Part shown: in pieces, positions 61,382-64,000 of the stretch | Position numbering within the stretch: position 1 is the stretch's first letter | Layout: every line of letters begins with the position of its first letter | From: Heteronotia binoei | Lineage: Eukaryota | Length of the DNA: 64,000 nt | Assembly (NCBI RefSeq): GCF_032191835.1 | Contig: NC_083224.1 | Location: 174,902,001-174,966,000 of the forward strand | Reading direction: 5' to 3' | Program-made: the position numbers and the translations under genes | Notes under the pieces: generated by a model | The model's input: only the letters and a program-made list of their open reading frames with translations | Database searches by the model: none | What the model was told of the DNA's origin: nothing

Positions 61382-64000
61382 CTTTTGGAAAATTGAAAAA
61401 ACATTGACTTCTGTGATATTTATTGAGGAATAGCGCATCTTGATTAAACTGCTGATGTTGTAGAACTGACTGTTATGAAAACAAAAAGTTGCCCTGCTGG
61501 ATCAGATACAGTGGTCATTCTAGTTCAGCATCTGGTTCCACATGCTGGCCAACTAATTGCCCTGAAGAGCTAACAAAACAGGACATAGAGACCTGATGTT
61601 GCCTTGTAGGCATTGCTGTGTGTTGATGACATTGCACAATAAAATATAAAGTCTTTTATGCTACTGTCACCTTACAGAGTAGTTAGGTTTTAGTAATAAT
61701 AAATTGAACAATGGAAAACTTATAATTACATAGTCTTCCAAACAGTTACAATTATACATTTTCTAAGCAAAGCACATAACTTTTAAGGGTAAAGAGGAAA
61801 CAGTATGCTGGACTACTTTAGTGGCTAATGGTGTGAGAATGGAAATCCTTAGATGAATACAAGACATTTGCCTTCCAACAAGTCGGGCCCTTGGTCCTAC
61901 TATTCCAGCAATGGTTATCTGGGTCTCTGGAGGAGTTGTTTTGCAATGGGCATCTCAGACCCCCTTTAATTAGTAAGAACTGAACCCAGGATCTTGAATG
62001 AAAATTTCCAATGCAGAGGGAAGAGAATGGCTGGAATGCATAGACACAATTATTATCTCACTAATATTTGCAGTCTCACATGTCTACCCTGGTATATGTT
62101 CCTCTCATCTGAACATGGAAGGGGGAGCAGAGAAAACTTGTTGCTAGACCCAGTTTTAAAGGCCAACATGTTAGCTGGAGTCAGTATGGGGTTTGGGGGG
62201 GAGGTTGTAACCAGCTCCCCGCAATGTTGGCCTGCCATTTATTAAACACAGTTCCTTCACTTGAAATGTTGGTAGTCCTCATAAGATACAAGTACATGTG
62301 TATTCTGAGTTCATCAGAAGTACTGTAGTGTTGCACACTGGGGAGAAGGTCCTTTCTTGAATCTCCTATTGCTTGTCTAATAGTTCTACGTTATCTTACT
62401 ACTCTCTGTTGTAATCCTCTCTGTTTGGGGCTTCCTTTAAACAAGATTTAGAACCTTTAATTAATAAGGAATGTGGCAACCAGTGTTTTGAAGTGAGATA
62501 AGCTGCTTTGGACATATAACTCCTGCTCTGAAACTCCTGCTGGCTACTTACTTGCTTTCAGCTTCAATTCAAGGGGATAGTTCTTACATGGGTGACCTTC
62601 ATGACCAGAAACCCACGTATCTAAAGGACTGGATTTCCTTATAGGAACCCTTGTTCCAATTGTGTTCACCTATTCTAACTTATTTGTTGCTTTCTTATAA
62701 ATCTGTAATTTGGCTCAGACTTCTTACTCTTTGGACTGATTTTATGAAATGGCCTACTGGGGCAGGTCTAGGGGGTGGGGTACCATCATTGCTTATTTCT
62801 TAGGAGAATTTTTAAAACTATTTCAGAGACATTCAGTTGAAGTTGCCTCTTTAATTAACCATTCTGAGGGCATTATTTGTGGACAAAAAAAATAAATTTG
62901 GTTTTGCATATATGGACATGTACTTTATGTATTTGTGGCTTCATTTTATTTTTCTGCTTGTAATTATATTAACCTTGTTGAATGTTTGGGAGAAGCGGAA
63001 TCTTTCAGTCAATATGTCCAAAGTGGAACTTTCTCATCTTTTCATCCAAGCCCCTCCATAAGTTGGGTCCAGCATAAGTGTCATAGATCTTCCTGGCTCC
63101 CCCTTCCCTTGGCAGCTGCTTTTGACCCAAGAAGTTGTTGGATGTTGAACCAATGGGAAGTATAGCCATGCAGACTGGGAGGCTGTAGTGGGGAGAGACG
63201 TAAAATCTCTCCTTTCTTCCTCTTCCAACAGCACAACTCGGTTCATGGAAAAGGCAGAAAGGGATGACTTTATTCCCTATCCCTGCACTCTCCTGGCCCT
63301 CATGATTGTTACTCTACATGAGTTCTTTGACCATGAGGATAGACTTTGCTGGGGGAAATCTGGAAGATCGATGACTGTAGGCACCTTCTGTCATAGACTG
63401 GAGGATCCAATCCCTTGTATATTACTTACACTTATTGAAAGTACCACTGTCTGCCCTATAGAACAGGTATGAATTTTTGCCTTTATCTTTGGTTCTCTGT
63501 TTTGCTTTCCACCTTCAGCCTTGTCACCAAGAAATGTTGCTGTGCTCCTTACATCTTAACAGGTATATGTCCCTCTCCACCAAAGAACTCTCCTTCATTC
63601 TATGGGCATTACTCCTTACTGACTACCACAGTTTCCTCCACTCTGGCATTGCACTGTCTCATTTCCTGTGGTGGCAAGGACCAGGTGATGTCACTTCCGG
63701 GGCACACTGAACCAAAATTCCACCTTTTCCTGGGTTGCCACTTCCAGGGCACTCTCCTGTGTATGAAGTTCATACAAGCTTTTCTGCAGTTATCCCAAAA
63801 AGGATATTTATGAGGGGCTTGCAGCTTTTTACTGACTGTGTTTCCCATGCCTTTAAAAGCAACCTGTTGTGCAAATACCTAGCCAGTGAACTTCTTTCAT
63901 CCTTTTTAATATCTACAGGAGGAGTTTAATTTTGGTGTCAGACAGCTGTTAATAGCAGGACCAGTAAAATGGTGCCAAGTTCATAGTACCATCTCTTCCA

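Overview
This window is vertebrate genomic DNA. The repeat content (squamate tRNA- and 5S-derived SINEs, CR1, BovB, Penelope, DIRS) points to a squamate reptile, probably a gecko. The + strand carries seven coding exons of RALGPS2 (8770-46455), from the ATG through most of the CDC25 RasGEF domain, 610 nt in total, all with canonical GT-AG introns and consistent phases. The - strand carries the last three coding exons of ANGPTL1 (fibrinogen-like domain, stop at 56801), nested antisense in the following RALGPS2 intron, which is the known vertebrate arrangement. Most of the rest is intronic and transposon-rich: about a dozen hAT-type MITEs, most with 8-bp TSDs, a 5'-truncated CR1, an internally deleted BovB with TSD, a Penelope GIY-YIG element, a DIRS-like relic with inverted termini, a probable solo LTR and many SINEs. 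Almost all ORF-track entries are spurious or TE-derived. The most notable observations are: (1) hammerhead-ribozyme relics with covarying stems, one on a 148-bp insert with a 12-bp TSD inside a Penelope element; (2) exon starts that rebuild a 5' splice site after splicing; (3) a dense uORF cluster before the RALGPS2 ATG; (4) a decayed Gln-rich coding-like tandem repeat of unknown origin; (5) several micro-rearrangements inside retroelements. Gene and repeat family names come from recognition and recall, not database searches. I found no clear evidence of a wholly new system.
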